A stretch of DNA of 64,000 nucleotides, taken from NCBI GenBank assembly GCA_965278945.1, contig OZ257128.1, positions 680,257-744,256 of the forward strand, read 5' to 3'. Under the pieces are notes generated by a model that ran no database searches, was not told where the DNA came from, and worked only from the letters and a program-made list of their open reading frames with translations. Each line of letters opens with the position of its first letter. The first letter of the stretch is position 1. The position numbers were made by a program, and so were the translations under genes. The DNA is from Actinomycetes bacterium (GTDB lineage: Bacteria; Actinomycetota; Actinomycetes; S36-B12). Below, in pieces: positions 38,198 through 51,778 of the stretch.

Positions 38198-38878
38198 ATG
38201 CTGGACGTCGCCATCCCTGCCCTCCGGGCGTCTGAGTTCCAGGCGCTCGGAGGTACGGCCGCTACGCCCTGGCCGGTCCACCCCTCCCTGGCCGAGGTGC
38301 TCCCCGGCGGGCTGCGGCGCGGCTCGTCGATGAGCGTGGCCGGGTCGCTGTCCTTGCTCCTGGCGGTGCTCGGCGGGCCGTCGGGCGAGGGTGCCTGGTG
38401 CGCGCTGGTGGGCATGCCGGCGATCAGCGCCGAGGCCGCGGTCGAGTACGGGGTGGAACTGTCGCGGCTGCCGGTGATCGTCGAGCCCGGACCCAGATGG
38501 GCGACGATGATCGGCGCCTTGCTCGACACGGTCGACGTCGTGGTGGCCCGCCCGCCCGCGCGAGTGGCCGCCGGCGACGTCCAGCGGCTGACCGCTCGCG
38601 CGCGTTCGCGCGATGCGGTGCTCATCGCGTATCTCGACACGGCCGCTCGTTCCTGGCCGTCCGCCGACCTGCGGCTGGATGCGCGCGGCAGTGTGTGGGA
38701 GGGCGCGTCCGAGGGCTCGGGACGACTGGCCAGTCGACGCATGACGATCGCGGCCGAGGGGCGCGGCAAGGCGGCCCGTCCGCGGACCTCGGGCCTGCAC
38801 CTGCCCGCGAGCGGCGGTGGCCTTTCCTCGATTGACGTTGCTGTTGCTGACATTTCTCCCCTGTCGAGAACCGGATGA
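38198..38878 (+). CDS. imuA: ImuA'-like RecA-fold mutasome protein
   Basis: LPGGLRRG, SLLLA, WCALVG, RLTARAR; LexA box; upstream of imuB. Confidence 0.85.
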   Translation: MLDVAIPALRASEFQALGGTAATPWPVHPSLAEVLPGGLRRGSSMSVAGSLSLLLAVLGGPSGEGAWCALVGMPAISAEAAVEYGVELSRLPVIVEPGPRWATMIGALLDTVDVVVARPPARVAAGDVQRLTARARSRDAVLIAYLDTAARSWPSADLRLDARGSVWEGASEGSGRLASRRMTIAAEGRGKAARPRTSGLHLPASGGGLSSIDVAVADISPLSRTG

Positions 38879-40431
38879 GTGTCGCGATGGAGCCCGCTCC
38901 CACCCGAACCGCGGCGATCTGGTGCCCCGACTGGCCGGTGTCGTCCGCCATGGCGATGGCCGACGAGGACGGAGCCGGTCCCGTCGCGGTCATGGCGGCG
39001 AACCGGGTGGTGGCCTGCAACCAGGCGGCCCGCGAGCAGGGCGTGCGCCGCGACCAGCTGCGCCGCGAGGCGCAGTACCGCAGCCCGGGGCTGGTGGTGC
39101 TCCCCCGCGACGAGGTCGCCGAGGCGCGACTGTTCGAGCCGATCGCCGTGGCGCTGGAGGCGGTCGCCCCCGGCGTGGAGATCACCAGACCCGGACTCGC
39201 GGCGCTGCGGGTGCGCGGCCCGGCCCGCTACTACGGCAGCGAGGAGGGTGTCGTCTCCGCGATCGGCGAGGCGATCAATGCGCTGACCGAGGCGTGGGTG
39301 GGCGTGGCCGACGGGGCGTTCGCCGCCGCGCTTGCCGCCCGCCGCGGCATCGTCGTCCCGCCCGGTGGGTCCTCGCAGTTCCTGCACCCCATGCCCATCA
39401 CCGTGCTCGGGTCCCGGGCCGGGGTGCCACTGGTCGACCTGCTGCTGCGCCTGGGCGTCCACACGCTGGGCGCCTTCGCGGCCCTGCCCGCCGCCGACGT
39501 GTCCGCCCGGTTCGGCGCGGTCGGGGCGTGGTCCCACCGACTGGCCGGTGCCCGCGACATCCGTCCGGTCGTCGCGCGGCAGCCACCGCTGGAGTGCTCG
39601 GTCGAGGTGGTCTTCGAGCCGGCGCTGGACCGGTCCGACGCGGTGGCGTTCTCCTCGCGCACCACGGCCGAGCAGTTCGTGGACCGACTGAGCCGGCACG
39701 GCCTGGCCTGCGTGTGCTTCGAGGCGCAGATCGACACCGAGATGGGCGAGCAGATGGTCCGCCGCTGGCGGCATACCGGACTGCTCACCGCGGTGGAGAT
39801 CGTCGACCGGATTCGCTGGCAGCTGGAGGGGCTGTTCTCGAGCACCGACCAGCAGATCAGCGGCGGGGTCTCGCGACTGCGGCTGGTGCCGATCGAGACG
39901 GTACCCACCGGCGCGCACCAGCAGGCGCTGTGGGGCGGCCCGGGGGAGGGCGACGAGCGCGTCGAGCGCGGGCTGGCCCGCGTGCAGACCCAGTTCGGGC
40001 ACGAGTCGGTGATCCGGCTGTCGGTCCAAGGGGGCAGCAGTCCTGCCGCCCGCACCGGGCGCACGGTGTGGGGGGAGCCGGTCCGGGCCGCGGCTGGCGA
40101 GCCGTGGCCCGGGCACCTGCCCGCTCCCGCTCCCGCGCAGCTCGTCGATCCGCCGCACCCCATCCACGTGCTGGATCGCAGCGGCCGAGCCGTGATCATC
40201 AACGATCGCGGATCGATGGCCACCTCGCCCGCCCTGCTGCGGATCGACGGACGCGAGCAGGTGGCCATCACCGCGTGGGCCGGCCCGTGGCCGCAGAGCG
40301 AGGCGTGGTGGGAGCCCGGGGCGCCGGGGCGCATGCTGCGCTGCCAACTGGTCGACGTGCACGGTCGCGCGTATGTCGTCGCGTACTACGTCGACACCAG
40401 CAGTTGGATGCTCGAGGGGCTGTACGACTGA
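38875..40431 (+). CDS. imuB: ImuB, Y-family polymerase-like scaffold
   Basis: WCPDWP, EARLFEP, RYYG, LGVHTLG, RIRWQL, WAGPW, EGLYD. Confidence 0.92.
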   Translation: MSVAMEPAPTRTAAIWCPDWPVSSAMAMADEDGAGPVAVMAANRVVACNQAAREQGVRRDQLRREAQYRSPGLVVLPRDEVAEARLFEPIAVALEAVAPGVEITRPGLAALRVRGPARYYGSEEGVVSAIGEAINALTEAWVGVADGAFAAALAARRGIVVPPGGSSQFLHPMPITVLGSRAGVPLVDLLLRLGVHTLGAFAALPAADVSARFGAVGAWSHRLAGARDIRPVVARQPPLECSVEVVFEPALDRSDAVAFSSRTTAEQFVDRLSRHGLACVCFEAQIDTEMGEQMVRRWRHTGLLTAVEIVDRIRWQLEGLFSSTDQQISGGVSRLRLVPIETVPTGAHQQALWGGPGEGDERVERGLARVQTQFGHESVIRLSVQGGSSPAARTGRTVWGEPVRAAAGEPWPGHLPAPAPAQLVDPPHPIHVLDRSGRAVIINDRGSMATSPALLRIDGREQVAITAWAGPWPQSEAWWEPGAPGRMLRCQLVDVHGRAYVVAYYVDTSSWMLEGLYD

Positions 40432-40452
40432 TTCGTGGCCTACTGTGCAGCG

Positions 40453-41976
40453 ATGCACACGAGGAACCGCTGGGCGATCCTCGCTGTGCTGTCGGCGGCG
40501 CTGGCGATCATCTCGATCGATAACACCATCGTCAACGTGGCCCTGCCGACCCTCCAGGAAGACCTCGACGCGACGACATCGCAGCTGCAGTGGGTCGTCG
40601 ATGCCTACTCCGTCCTCTTCGCAGGCAGCCTCCTGCTCGCGGGCAGCCTCGGTGACCGATTCGGCCGTCGTCGCATGCTGCTGATCGGTCTGGTGGTCTT
40701 CGCGCTCGGCTCCATCGGCGCAGCAGTCTCCACGAATGCCGAGACGCTCACCGCGTGGCGCGCGGTCATGGGAGTCGGTGGCGCGTTCATCATGCCCTCG
40801 ACGCTGAGCATCCTCGTGCACGTGTTTGACAAGCCCGCCGAGCGCGCGCAGGCGATCGGCATCTGGGCTGCTGTCGCCGGGCTCGGCGTGGCCATCGGGC
40901 CGATAGTCGGCGGACTGCTCCTGGAGCAGTTCTCCTGGCACGCGATCTTCTGGGTCAATCCGATCTTCGTGGTCGTGGTCCTCACTGCCACCGTCATCCT
41001 TGTTCCCGAGTCGAGGGATCCCTCGAAGCCCAGGCTGGACATTCCCGGCGCGGCCTTGTCGGCTGCTGGCTTGATCTGCCTGGTGTTCACGATTATCGAA
41101 ATCCCCGACGAAGGCGTCACGACCGTCACGGTGGTGTCCGCGCTCGGCGCGGTCACCCTGCTCGGATCGTTCGTGTGGTGGGAACGTCGCGCGCCGCGAC
41201 CGATCCTTCCGCTGACCTTGTTCACCCAGAGGCTGTTCTCTACCGCAGTGGTGGCGGTCGGATTGGTGTACTTCGGGCTGATGGGAGCGATGTTCTTCCT
41301 CCCGCAGTTCCTCCAACTCGTCCAGGGCCTGTCCCCGCTGGAGTCCGGGCTCGCCGTCCTCCCCGGTGCCCTCGGCCTGCTCGTCGCCTCGCTCGGCAGC
41401 CCGGCACTTGCGCAGCGTTTCGGTACGCGCCTGATCGTGGTTGTCGGGATGACCGTGGCGGCGGCGGGTATCGCATCGTTCAGCCTGCTGAGCACTGATT
41501 CGTCCCTCGTCGTCGTCGGTGGCACGTTTGCGGTGGTCGGCCTCGGGCTCGGCATGGTGCTGCCTCAGGCGACGAACGCAGTACTCGCCTCGGTACCCGC
41601 GGAGCGATCGGGCATGGGCTCTGCCGTGAATGACGCGGTCGGCGAGCTCGGGGGATCGCTGGGCGTCGCGATCCTCGGCGCGGCCATGGCCGCCACCTAC
41701 CGCCAGCACATTGAGGAGGCGATCACGGCCGCGGGCGCTGCGGCCCGGGCGGTTCCCCCTGAGGCGCTCAACGCGGCGCGCGAGTCGCTGGCGGCCGCAT
41801 CCCTGGCGGCCCGCCGGCTGCCCGACTCGGTGAGCGAGCCATTTCGACAGGTCACCAGCCAGGCCTTCACGTCAGGCATGGGGTGGGCACTGCTGCTGGG
41901 ATCTGCGGTGATGGCCGCCGGTGCGATCTTGGCCTGGCTTCGATTCCCCGCTCGTGTGGAGCGCGTCGAGGAGTAG
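40453..41976 (+). CDS. DHA2 (14-TM) MFS efflux transporter
   Basis: DNTIVNVALP, LQWVVDAY, GDRFGRRR, GPIVGG, FWVNP. Confidence 0.92.
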   Translation: MHTRNRWAILAVLSAALAIISIDNTIVNVALPTLQEDLDATTSQLQWVVDAYSVLFAGSLLLAGSLGDRFGRRRMLLIGLVVFALGSIGAAVSTNAETLTAWRAVMGVGGAFIMPSTLSILVHVFDKPAERAQAIGIWAAVAGLGVAIGPIVGGLLLEQFSWHAIFWVNPIFVVVVLTATVILVPESRDPSKPRLDIPGAALSAAGLICLVFTIIEIPDEGVTTVTVVSALGAVTLLGSFVWWERRAPRPILPLTLFTQRLFSTAVVAVGLVYFGLMGAMFFLPQFLQLVQGLSPLESGLAVLPGALGLLVASLGSPALAQRFGTRLIVVVGMTVAAAGIASFSLLSTDSSLVVVGGTFAVVGLGLGMVLPQATNAVLASVPAERSGMGSAVNDAVGELGGSLGVAILGAAMAATYRQHIEEAITAAGAAARAVPPEALNAARESLAAASLAARRLPDSVSEPFRQVTSQAFTSGMGWALLLGSAVMAAGAILAWLRFPARVERVEE

Positions 41977-41997
41977 CACGCCGGCAGGCGAGAGCGG

Positions 41998-42027
41998 TTG
42001 ACAGCAATCGAACATATGTTCGATTAT
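41998..42027 (+). promoter_or_regulatory. SOS promoter of dnaE2: TTGACA plus LexA box
   Basis: TCGAACATATGTTCGA at 42008-42023. Confidence 0.93.
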
Positions 42028-42032
42028 CCTCC

Positions 42033-45388
<3,356 letters not shown>

Positions 45389-45392
<4 letters not shown>

Positions 45393-45625
45393 CCGAGTTG
45401 GCTCGTCCGCGCTTCCAGTCGCTCCGCAATCCAGACCTTGATGATCGATTGCCGGGTGACGCCCAGTCGAGATGCCTCCTGGTCCAGCGACTGCACCATC
45501 CACAACGGGAAGTCGACGTTCACGCGCTGTGGATCTCGTCGCGGCCGCTTTGCGGTATCCAGATCCAACTGTGAACTGACATCGGCGCCGTCATCGAACT
45601 GCGCGTCGAACTCACTTGCCTTCAT
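45389..45625 (-). CDS. brnA: BrnA/CopG-like antitoxin
   Basis: MKASEFDAQFDDG...RVNVDFP...GVTRQSIIKVWIAERL; overlaps toxin gene. Confidence 0.85.
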
Positions 45626-45887
45626 ACAGATCCACCTCCTCCGCTCTCGATCGACGAACCGAGATCAACCGAATTGCCTCGCCTCGGTAGGTGATGACGG
45701 CCGACCAATGCTGCGCGCCGATCTTCGCAATCACCACACTCCGCGGCTCGACTTCAGTTCGCGCCTCGACCTCGACCATCTGCTCGTCCAACCACAAGAC
45801 TTGAGCGCCGACGAAATCGATCCCGTGCTTGGCCAGGCTTGAGCTGCTCTTGCCCGGGTCGAAGTCGAAAAGCAGAGGCCGATCCAT
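45612..45887 (-). CDS. brnT: BrnT family toxin
   Basis: FDFDPGK...KHGIDF...IRLISVRRS. Confidence 0.87.
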   Translation of the reverse strand: MDRPLLFDFDPGKSSSSLAKHGIDFVGAQVLWLDEQMVEVEARTEVEPRSVVIAKIGAQHWSAVITYRGEAIRLISVRRSRAEEVDLYEGK

Positions 45888-45952
45888 AATGGTATAGAAA
45901 TGGGATCAATTTCGCGAGGCGAGACGAGTTCCAGATCTGTGGACGGAGAGCC

Positions 45953-46375
45953 ATGACAATGATCAGCACCGTTCCGGCGCTTCCTGTGCTCGACCTCGCC
46001 GCCGGAGCGGAGTTCTACCGCGATCGACTCGGTTTCACTGTGGTGCACCTCGACGAGGGCATTGCCGTTCTTCGTCGAGACGAGGTGTGGATCCATCTGT
46101 GGGGGTCGAGCAACGAGGAGTGGCGTGCGGTCGACCCGGTCGAGCTCGCGCAGCGACCTGTACGCATGGGTGGCGAGTCCTTCCTGTCGGGCACCGCGAG
46201 CTGCCGGATCCAGGTCCACAACGTCGACGAACTGTTCGAGGAGATGACCGCGCAGTCCGTCGTGCACCCGGTGAGCAAGTCGGGTCCGACCGATACAGAA
46301 TGGGCGACCCGGGAGTTCGCCGTGCTCGACCTCGATGGCAACCTCTTGGCGTTCTTCCAGTTGCGCGATCAGTAG
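45953..46375 (+). CDS. VOC/bleomycin-resistance family protein
   Basis: PALPV, FYRDRLGF, WATREFAVLDLDGNL. Confidence 0.88.
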   Translation: MTMISTVPALPVLDLAAGAEFYRDRLGFTVVHLDEGIAVLRRDEVWIHLWGSSNEEWRAVDPVELAQRPVRMGGESFLSGTASCRIQVHNVDELFEEMTAQSVVHPVSKSGPTDTEWATREFAVLDLDGNLLAFFQLRDQ

Positions 46376-46383
46376 GAGGCGTC

Positions 46384-47205
46384 ATGTCGGTCTGGTTCAT
46401 CACCGGTGCATCGAGGGGCTTCGGGCGACTGTGGGCGCAGGCCGCGCTCGAGCGCGGAGACCAGGTAGCCGCAACCGCGCGGGACATCGCGACCCTCGAT
46501 GGCCTCGTCGAGCAGTTCGGCGACAACGTGATGCCGATCCAGCTCGACGTCACCGACCGCGCCGCCGACTTCGCCGCAGTGGCCGCCGCATTCGAGCGGT
46601 TCGGCCGACTCGACATCGTGGTGAATAACGCCGGTTACGGACACTTCGGCTTCATCGAGGAGCTCTCCGAGGACGAGATCCGCGCGCAATTGGAAACCAA
46701 CGTTCTCGGCGCTTTGTGGGTTGCCCAGGCGGCGCTGCCGTTCTTGCGCAAGCAGGGAGCCGGCCACATCCTCCAGGTGTCGTCAATCGGCGGAATCACT
46801 GCGTTTCCGATGGTCGGCGCCTACCACGCCTCGAAGTGGGCGCTGGAAGGCTTCAGCCAGGCACTCGCCCAGGAGGTGGCGCCGTTCGGCATCAAGGTCA
46901 CGCTCATCGAGCCCGGCCCGTTCGGCACCGACTGGAGTGGATCATCGGCCAGCCACTCCGTTGAACTGGACGACTATCGCGAGGTCCGCGCGCACGTGCA
47001 GGAAGTCCGCAGGGCGCGCATGGCGAACAACTCCGCAGCCCCCGAGACCACCGTCGCCGCGATCCTCGCGGTGGTGGACTCCGACGATCCTCCGTTGCGG
47101 ATGTTCCTCGGCAAGAACCCGCTCGGGCTGGCGAAGGCGGACTACGCCTCGCGGATCGAGGGCTGGGAGCGCTGGCAGGACGTCGCAGCCACGGCCAGCA
47201 ACTAA
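46384..47205 (+). CDS. SDR family oxidoreductase
   Basis: WFITGASRGFG, NNAGYG, YHASK; AGGAGG RBS. Confidence 0.92.
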   Translation: MSVWFITGASRGFGRLWAQAALERGDQVAATARDIATLDGLVEQFGDNVMPIQLDVTDRAADFAAVAAAFERFGRLDIVVNNAGYGHFGFIEELSEDEIRAQLETNVLGALWVAQAALPFLRKQGAGHILQVSSIGGITAFPMVGAYHASKWALEGFSQALAQEVAPFGIKVTLIEPGPFGTDWSGSSASHSVELDDYREVRAHVQEVRRARMANNSAAPETTVAAILAVVDSDDPPLRMFLGKNPLGLAKADYASRIEGWERWQDVAATASN

Positions 47206-47212
47206 CCGCCCC

Positions 47213-47275
47213 CGCCGACCTTGAGGTTGGCGTGGAAATCGGGCGGTGAAACACACGCCAACCTCAAGGTCGGCG
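47213..47275. repeat. REP-like palindrome, copy 2 (may double as bidirectional terminator)
   Basis: Perfect 22-bp arms CGCCGACCTTGAGGTTGGCGTG / CACGCCAACCTCAAGGTCGGCG between convergent genes. Confidence 0.88.
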
Positions 47276-47291
47276 AGAGGGGCTGGCCGTG

Positions 47292-48257
47292 TTATGCGGG
47301 GCGGGACTTGCGGCGTTCGGCCTTTTTCTCGTACATCACGCGGTCGGCCGCGTCGATCGCCGCCGTGAGTCCCTGCGACACGGTCACCGCCGCCCAGCCG
47401 ATCGACGCCTCGACGCCCGCCGCAGCGAATGACTTCTCGATGTTCGACACAACCGAGTCCGCGGACCGCAGGTCGCATTGGCGCATCAGCACGGCGAACT
47501 CGTCGCCGCCGAGCCGGGCCACCACGTCGGTGCCGCGAACAGCGGAGCGCAGCGCGCTGGCGGCGCTGCGAATGAGCTCGTCTCCGGCCGCGTGCCCGCC
47601 TGCGTCATTGACCTTCTTGAGCCCGTCGAGATCGATGACGGCGGTGATGGTCGGGTCGGCGTACCTGCGGAAGCGCTCGCCCTCTTCCAGGACGAGCCGG
47701 TCCCACGCGCGCCGGTTCATCAGGCCGGTGAGGGCATCGGTCTCAGCGGCGATGGTTGCCTGCGTCAGGCCGTCGGCAACACGCTCGCGGTATCGGTCGG
47801 CCGCGAGGACCAGCGTCAGCACGCGGCCCATGAACTGCAGCAGCGGAATCGCCTTGGCCACCGAGTCGTCGTCCAGTTGATGAGCCTTGTCGATGCCGCA
47901 GATGGTCCCGAACAACTGGCCGTTCGGCTCGTCGATGACGGCGCCGGCATACGTGCCGACCTCCATGTTGTTGATCTCGGCCGCGCGCGCGTACTCGGGG
48001 ATCTCGCTGGGGATCGCGCTGACGGTCGGGGTCCTACCCGCGGCCATGTGGATGCAGAAGCTGTCCTGCCACGGCGTCGCGTCGCCGTAGGAGATGCCGA
48101 AGTCGTTGTCCTCGTTGAGGTAGATGAACGACTGACGGTCGTTCTCGACTCGAGTCACGGACCACAGTGCCAGCGGCAGCTGGGAGGACAGGTACGACAA
48201 GACCAGGTGGGCGGCCTTGTCGAAGTCCAGTTCAGAGGTGATGTTCGGCGCAGTCAC
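47292..48257 (-). CDS. GAF-GGDEF diguanylate cyclase
   Basis: DALTGLMNRR, DLDGLKKVND, RGTD I-site, RLGGDEF; GAF motifs SFC / FGTICG. Confidence 0.92.
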   Translation of the reverse strand: MTAPNITSELDFDKAAHLVLSYLSSQLPLALWSVTRVENDRQSFIYLNEDNDFGISYGDATPWQDSFCIHMAAGRTPTVSAIPSEIPEYARAAEINNMEVGTYAGAVIDEPNGQLFGTICGIDKAHQLDDDSVAKAIPLLQFMGRVLTLVLAADRYRERVADGLTQATIAAETDALTGLMNRRAWDRLVLEEGERFRRYADPTITAVIDLDGLKKVNDAGGHAAGDELIRSAASALRSAVRGTDVVARLGGDEFAVLMRQCDLRSADSVVSNIEKSFAAAGVEASIGWAAVTVSQGLTAAIDAADRVMYEKKAERRKSRPA

Positions 48258-48293
48258 TGCGGCAGGTTACCTGCCGAAAGTTAACGCGATGAA

Positions 48294-49184
48294 TCAGGCG
48301 TGGGGTTCGGCCTCGACGGCCAATGCCGCGGCAGGTGCTCTGCGGGTGGCCAGGTACGAGCCCAGGAGTACGAGCGGGAAGCCGATGGCGATGCCCAGGG
48401 TGAACGGCTCGCCGAGGATGAGGATGCCGAGTACGACGGCGACCGCGGGATTGACGTAGGTGATCAGCGTCGTGCGCGACGGGCCGACCTCGCCGACAAG
48501 CGCGAAGAACAGGACGAACGCGGCCGCGGTACAGACGATGCCCAGCAGGGCGACGGCGATCCACGCCGATGCGGGAACCGGTGCGGTCGGCCTGGTGAGG
48601 AACGCGAACGGCGCGTAGATGACCGCGTTGATGCTGATCGCGATCGCCATGACCGCGACTCCGGGGACGCCCTGCAGCTTCTGGTCGATGATGATCGGGC
48701 CGAAGGAGTAGCCGACGACGGTGACCACCAGTGCGGCAATGGCCAGGAAGCTGTCGCTGCTGACGTCGAAGCCGACGAGCGCCACCACGCCGACGATCCC
48801 GATGCCCATCCCGACCAGGCGGCTGCCGGTAAGGCGGTCATCGAGGCCGAATCGGCGCGCGAGAAGGGCGGTCGTGATCGGGACGGCCGCAATGAACAGG
48901 CCGGCCAGCGAGCTGGAGATGTGCTGCTCGGCCCAGGTCAGCGCGAGGAGGGTGAAGGTCAGCTCGACGAAGGCGAAGATGACGACCCAGCGCCAGTGCC
49001 CCCGCAGTCTCTTCAGCTGCCCCGTGGCAATCGCGATGGGGAGCAAGATCAGCGCGCCGAGAGCCATGCGGCTGAAGATCACCATGGAGACCGACATCGA
49101 CTCGACGCCGACCTTGATCAGGAGGTAGGGGATGCCCCAGATGATGCCGAGGGAGATGAACATGATCCAGCCGCGTCGTGACAC
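48294..49184 (-). CDS. DMT/EamA family transporter
   Basis: IWGIPYLLIK, ITYVNPAVAV, about 10 TM segments. Confidence 0.9.
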   Translation of the reverse strand: MSRRGWIMFISLGIIWGIPYLLIKVGVESMSVSMVIFSRMALGALILLPIAIATGQLKRLRGHWRWVVIFAFVELTFTLLALTWAEQHISSSLAGLFIAAVPITTALLARRFGLDDRLTGSRLVGMGIGIVGVVALVGFDVSSDSFLAIAALVVTVVGYSFGPIIIDQKLQGVPGVAVMAIAISINAVIYAPFAFLTRPTAPVPASAWIAVALLGIVCTAAAFVLFFALVGEVGPSRTTLITYVNPAVAVVLGILILGEPFTLGIAIGFPLVLLGSYLATRRAPAAALAVEAEPHA

Positions 49185-49272
49185 GGGACGCAACGCTAGC
49201 CGGAGGGACTGACGGGTCGGCCAGATCGAGATCAGTAGGCTTGACCCCCCACCAGAACGGCAGGCAGGACGC

Positions 49273-51765
49273 ATGAGCAGCACCACTGACGAGGTTCGCG
49301 GGGCCGAGGACCGCGAGGCCTACGACGTCATGTCGATCCAGGAGCGCTGGCTCCCGGTGTGGGACGAGCTCGCCCCTTTCCGGTCCGGACGCCCGGACGA
49401 TCAGCGCCCCAAGAAGTACATCCTCGACATGTTCCCGTACCCCTCCGGTGACCTCCATATGGGTCACGCCGAGGCGTACGCGCTGGGTGACGTCATCGCC
49501 CGCTACTGGGTGCAGAAGGGCTTCAACGTCATGCACCCGATCGGGTGGGATGCATTCGGCCTGCCGGCGGAGAACGCGGCGATCAAGCGCAACGAAGACC
49601 CGATCATCTGGACCTACGAGAACATCGCTCAGCAGAAGTCGTCGATGCGCCACTACGCGTGCTCGTTCGACTGGGACCGCACCTTCAACACGTGCGACCC
49701 CGAGTTCTACAAGTGGAATCAGTGGTTCTTCCTGAAGATGTTCGAGCGCGGCCTGGCGTACCGCAAGGACAGCGCCGTCAACTGGTGCCCGCACGACCAG
49801 ACGGTGCTGGCGAACGAGCAGGTCGTCGCCGGCCGCTGCGAGCGCTGCGACTCGATCGTCACCAAGAAGAAGCTCACGCAGTGGTACCTGCGCATCACCG
49901 ACTACGCCGACCGCCTGCTCGACGACATGAAGCAACTCGAGGGCGCGTGGCCCGACAAGGTCCTGCTCATGCAGAAGAACTGGATCGGTCGCTCTACGGG
50001 CGCAGAGGTCTCCTTCGAGATCGAGGGACGCGACGAGCCGGTCACCGTCTACACGACCCGACCCGACACCCTCTACGGCGCGACCTTCTTCGTGGTCGCT
50101 GCTGATTCCGACCTCGCCGCGGATCTCGCAGCAAGCACGTCCGCGGAGGGAGCGTTCGCGGAGTACCTGGAGGGGGTCAAGCGCGAGACCGACATGGACC
50201 GCCTGGACTCCTCGCGAGCGAAGACCGGCGTGTTCCTCGAGCGCTACGCGATCAATCCCGTCAACGGCGAGCGCATCCCGATTTGGGCGTCCGACTACGT
50301 GCTATCCGACTACGGCACTGGCGCGATCATGGCCGTGCCCGCGCACGACCAGCGGGACCTCGACTTCGCGCGCACGTTCAACCTGCCGGTCCGTGTCGTC
50401 GTCGAATCGGACGACGACCCGATGGTGACCGGGATCGCGACCGGCGACGACGGTCCGCACGTCAACTCCGGTCCGCTCGACGGGCTGAACAAGGCCGATG
50501 CCATCGCCGCGATCATCGACGTTCTCGTCGAGCGCGGAACCGGCGAGCCGTCAGTCAACTACCGCCTGCGCGACTGGCTGATCTCCCGGCAGCGCTACTG
50601 GGGCACGCCGATCCCGATCATCCACTGTCCCGTCCACGGCGAGGTCGCGGTCCCGCTCGACCAGCTGCCGGTGAAGCTGCCGCCCGCCGAGGGCCTGGAC
50701 CTCAAGCCCAAGGGCACCTCGCCGCTCGGCGCGGCGACCGACTGGGTCAACACGACCTGCCCGACGTGCGGTGGCCCCGCGCTGCGCGACACCGACACGA
50801 TGGACACGTTCGTCGACTCGTCCTGGTACTACCTGCGCTACGCGAGCCCGCATGACGACACTCAGCCCTTCGATCCTGAGGCTGTGCGCGAGTGGCTGCC
50901 GGCCGACCAGTACGTCGGCGGCGTGACGCACGCGATCCTCCACCTGCTGTACTCGCGGTTCTTCACCAAGGTCCTGTTCGACATGGGCATGGTCGACTTC
51001 ACCGAGCCGTTCTCGCGGCTGCTGAACCAGGGCATGGTCCAGATGGACGGCTCGGCGATGAGCAAGTCGCGCGGGAACCTCGTGCGGCTGTCGGACGAAC
51101 TGGCCGAGCACGGCGTCGACGCACTGCGCCTGTCGATGGTGTTCGCCGGTCCGCCTGAGGACGACATCGACTGGGCCGAGGTGTCGCCCGTTGGCTCGAA
51201 GCGCTTCCTCGCCCGCGCGTGGCGCTTGGCAGGGGACGTGACGAGTGCACCGGGGGCTGACTTCACCACCGGGGACGTCGAGTTGCGCAAGGCCACCCAT
51301 CGCGCGGTGTCCGAGTCGGGAATCGCCGTCGAGTCGCTGCGCTTCAACGTCGCGGTCGCCCGCGCGATGGAGCTGGTCAATGTGACCCGCAAGGCGATCG
51401 ACACCGGCTGCGGTCCCGCCGATCCCGCGGTCCGCGAGGCCGCGGAAGCGGTGGCGATCATGCTCTCGCTCGTCGCTCCGTACACGGCCGAGGACATGTG
51501 GAACCGACTTGGCCACGAGCCCGCGGTCGCGCTGGCCGGCTGGCCTGTGGTTGACCCTGAGCTGCTGGTCGAGGAGACCGTCACGTGCATCGTCCAGGTC
51601 GCCGGCAAGGTGCGCAACCGCCTCGAGGTGTCGCCGACGATCAGCGAGGACGACCTGCGCGAGCTGGCGCTGGCATCCGACGGACTGGTGAAGGCACTCG
51701 AGGGACGGGAGATCCGCACGGTGATCGTGCGGGCGCCGAAGCTCGTCAACGTCGTACCTGTGTGA
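49273..51765 (+). CDS. leuS: Leucine--tRNA ligase
   Basis: [28 protein letters not shown]. Confidence 0.98.
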   Translation: MSSTTDEVRGAEDREAYDVMSIQERWLPVWDELAPFRSGRPDDQRPKKYILDMFPYPSGDLHMGHAEAYALGDVIARYWVQKGFNVMHPIGWDAFGLPAENAAIKRNEDPIIWTYENIAQQKSSMRHYACSFDWDRTFNTCDPEFYKWNQWFFLKMFERGLAYRKDSAVNWCPHDQTVLANEQVVAGRCERCDSIVTKKKLTQWYLRITDYADRLLDDMKQLEGAWPDKVLLMQKNWIGRSTGAEVSFEIEGRDEPVTVYTTRPDTLYGATFFVVAADSDLAADLAASTSAEGAFAEYLEGVKRETDMDRLDSSRAKTGVFLERYAINPVNGERIPIWASDYVLSDYGTGAIMAVPAHDQRDLDFARTFNLPVRVVVESDDDPMVTGIATGDDGPHVNSGPLDGLNKADAIAAIIDVLVERGTGEPSVNYRLRDWLISRQRYWGTPIPIIHCPVHGEVAVPLDQLPVKLPPAEGLDLKPKGTSPLGAATDWVNTTCPTCGGPALRDTDTMDTFVDSSWYYLRYASPHDDTQPFDPEAVREWLPADQYVGGVTHAILHLLYSRFFTKVLFDMGMVDFTEPFSRLLNQGMVQMDGSAMSKSRGNLVRLSDELAEHGVDALRLSMVFAGPPEDDIDWAEVSPVGSKRFLARAWRLAGDVTSAPGADFTTGDVELRKATHRAVSESGIAVESLRFNVAVARAMELVNVTRKAIDTGCGPADPAVREAAEAVAIMLSLVAPYTAEDMWNRLGHEPAVALAGWPVVDPELLVEETVTCIVQVAGKVRNRLEVSPTISEDDLRELALASDGLVKALEGREIRTVIVRAPKLVNVVPV

Positions 51766-51778
51766 TTACCTCCGCTCG

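Noticed and set aside
38065-41709. 1214-aa minus-strand ORF
   Set aside because: Antisense shadow of imuA'-imuB-MFS; Arg/Gly/Pro-rich with no motifs, as expected at high GC.
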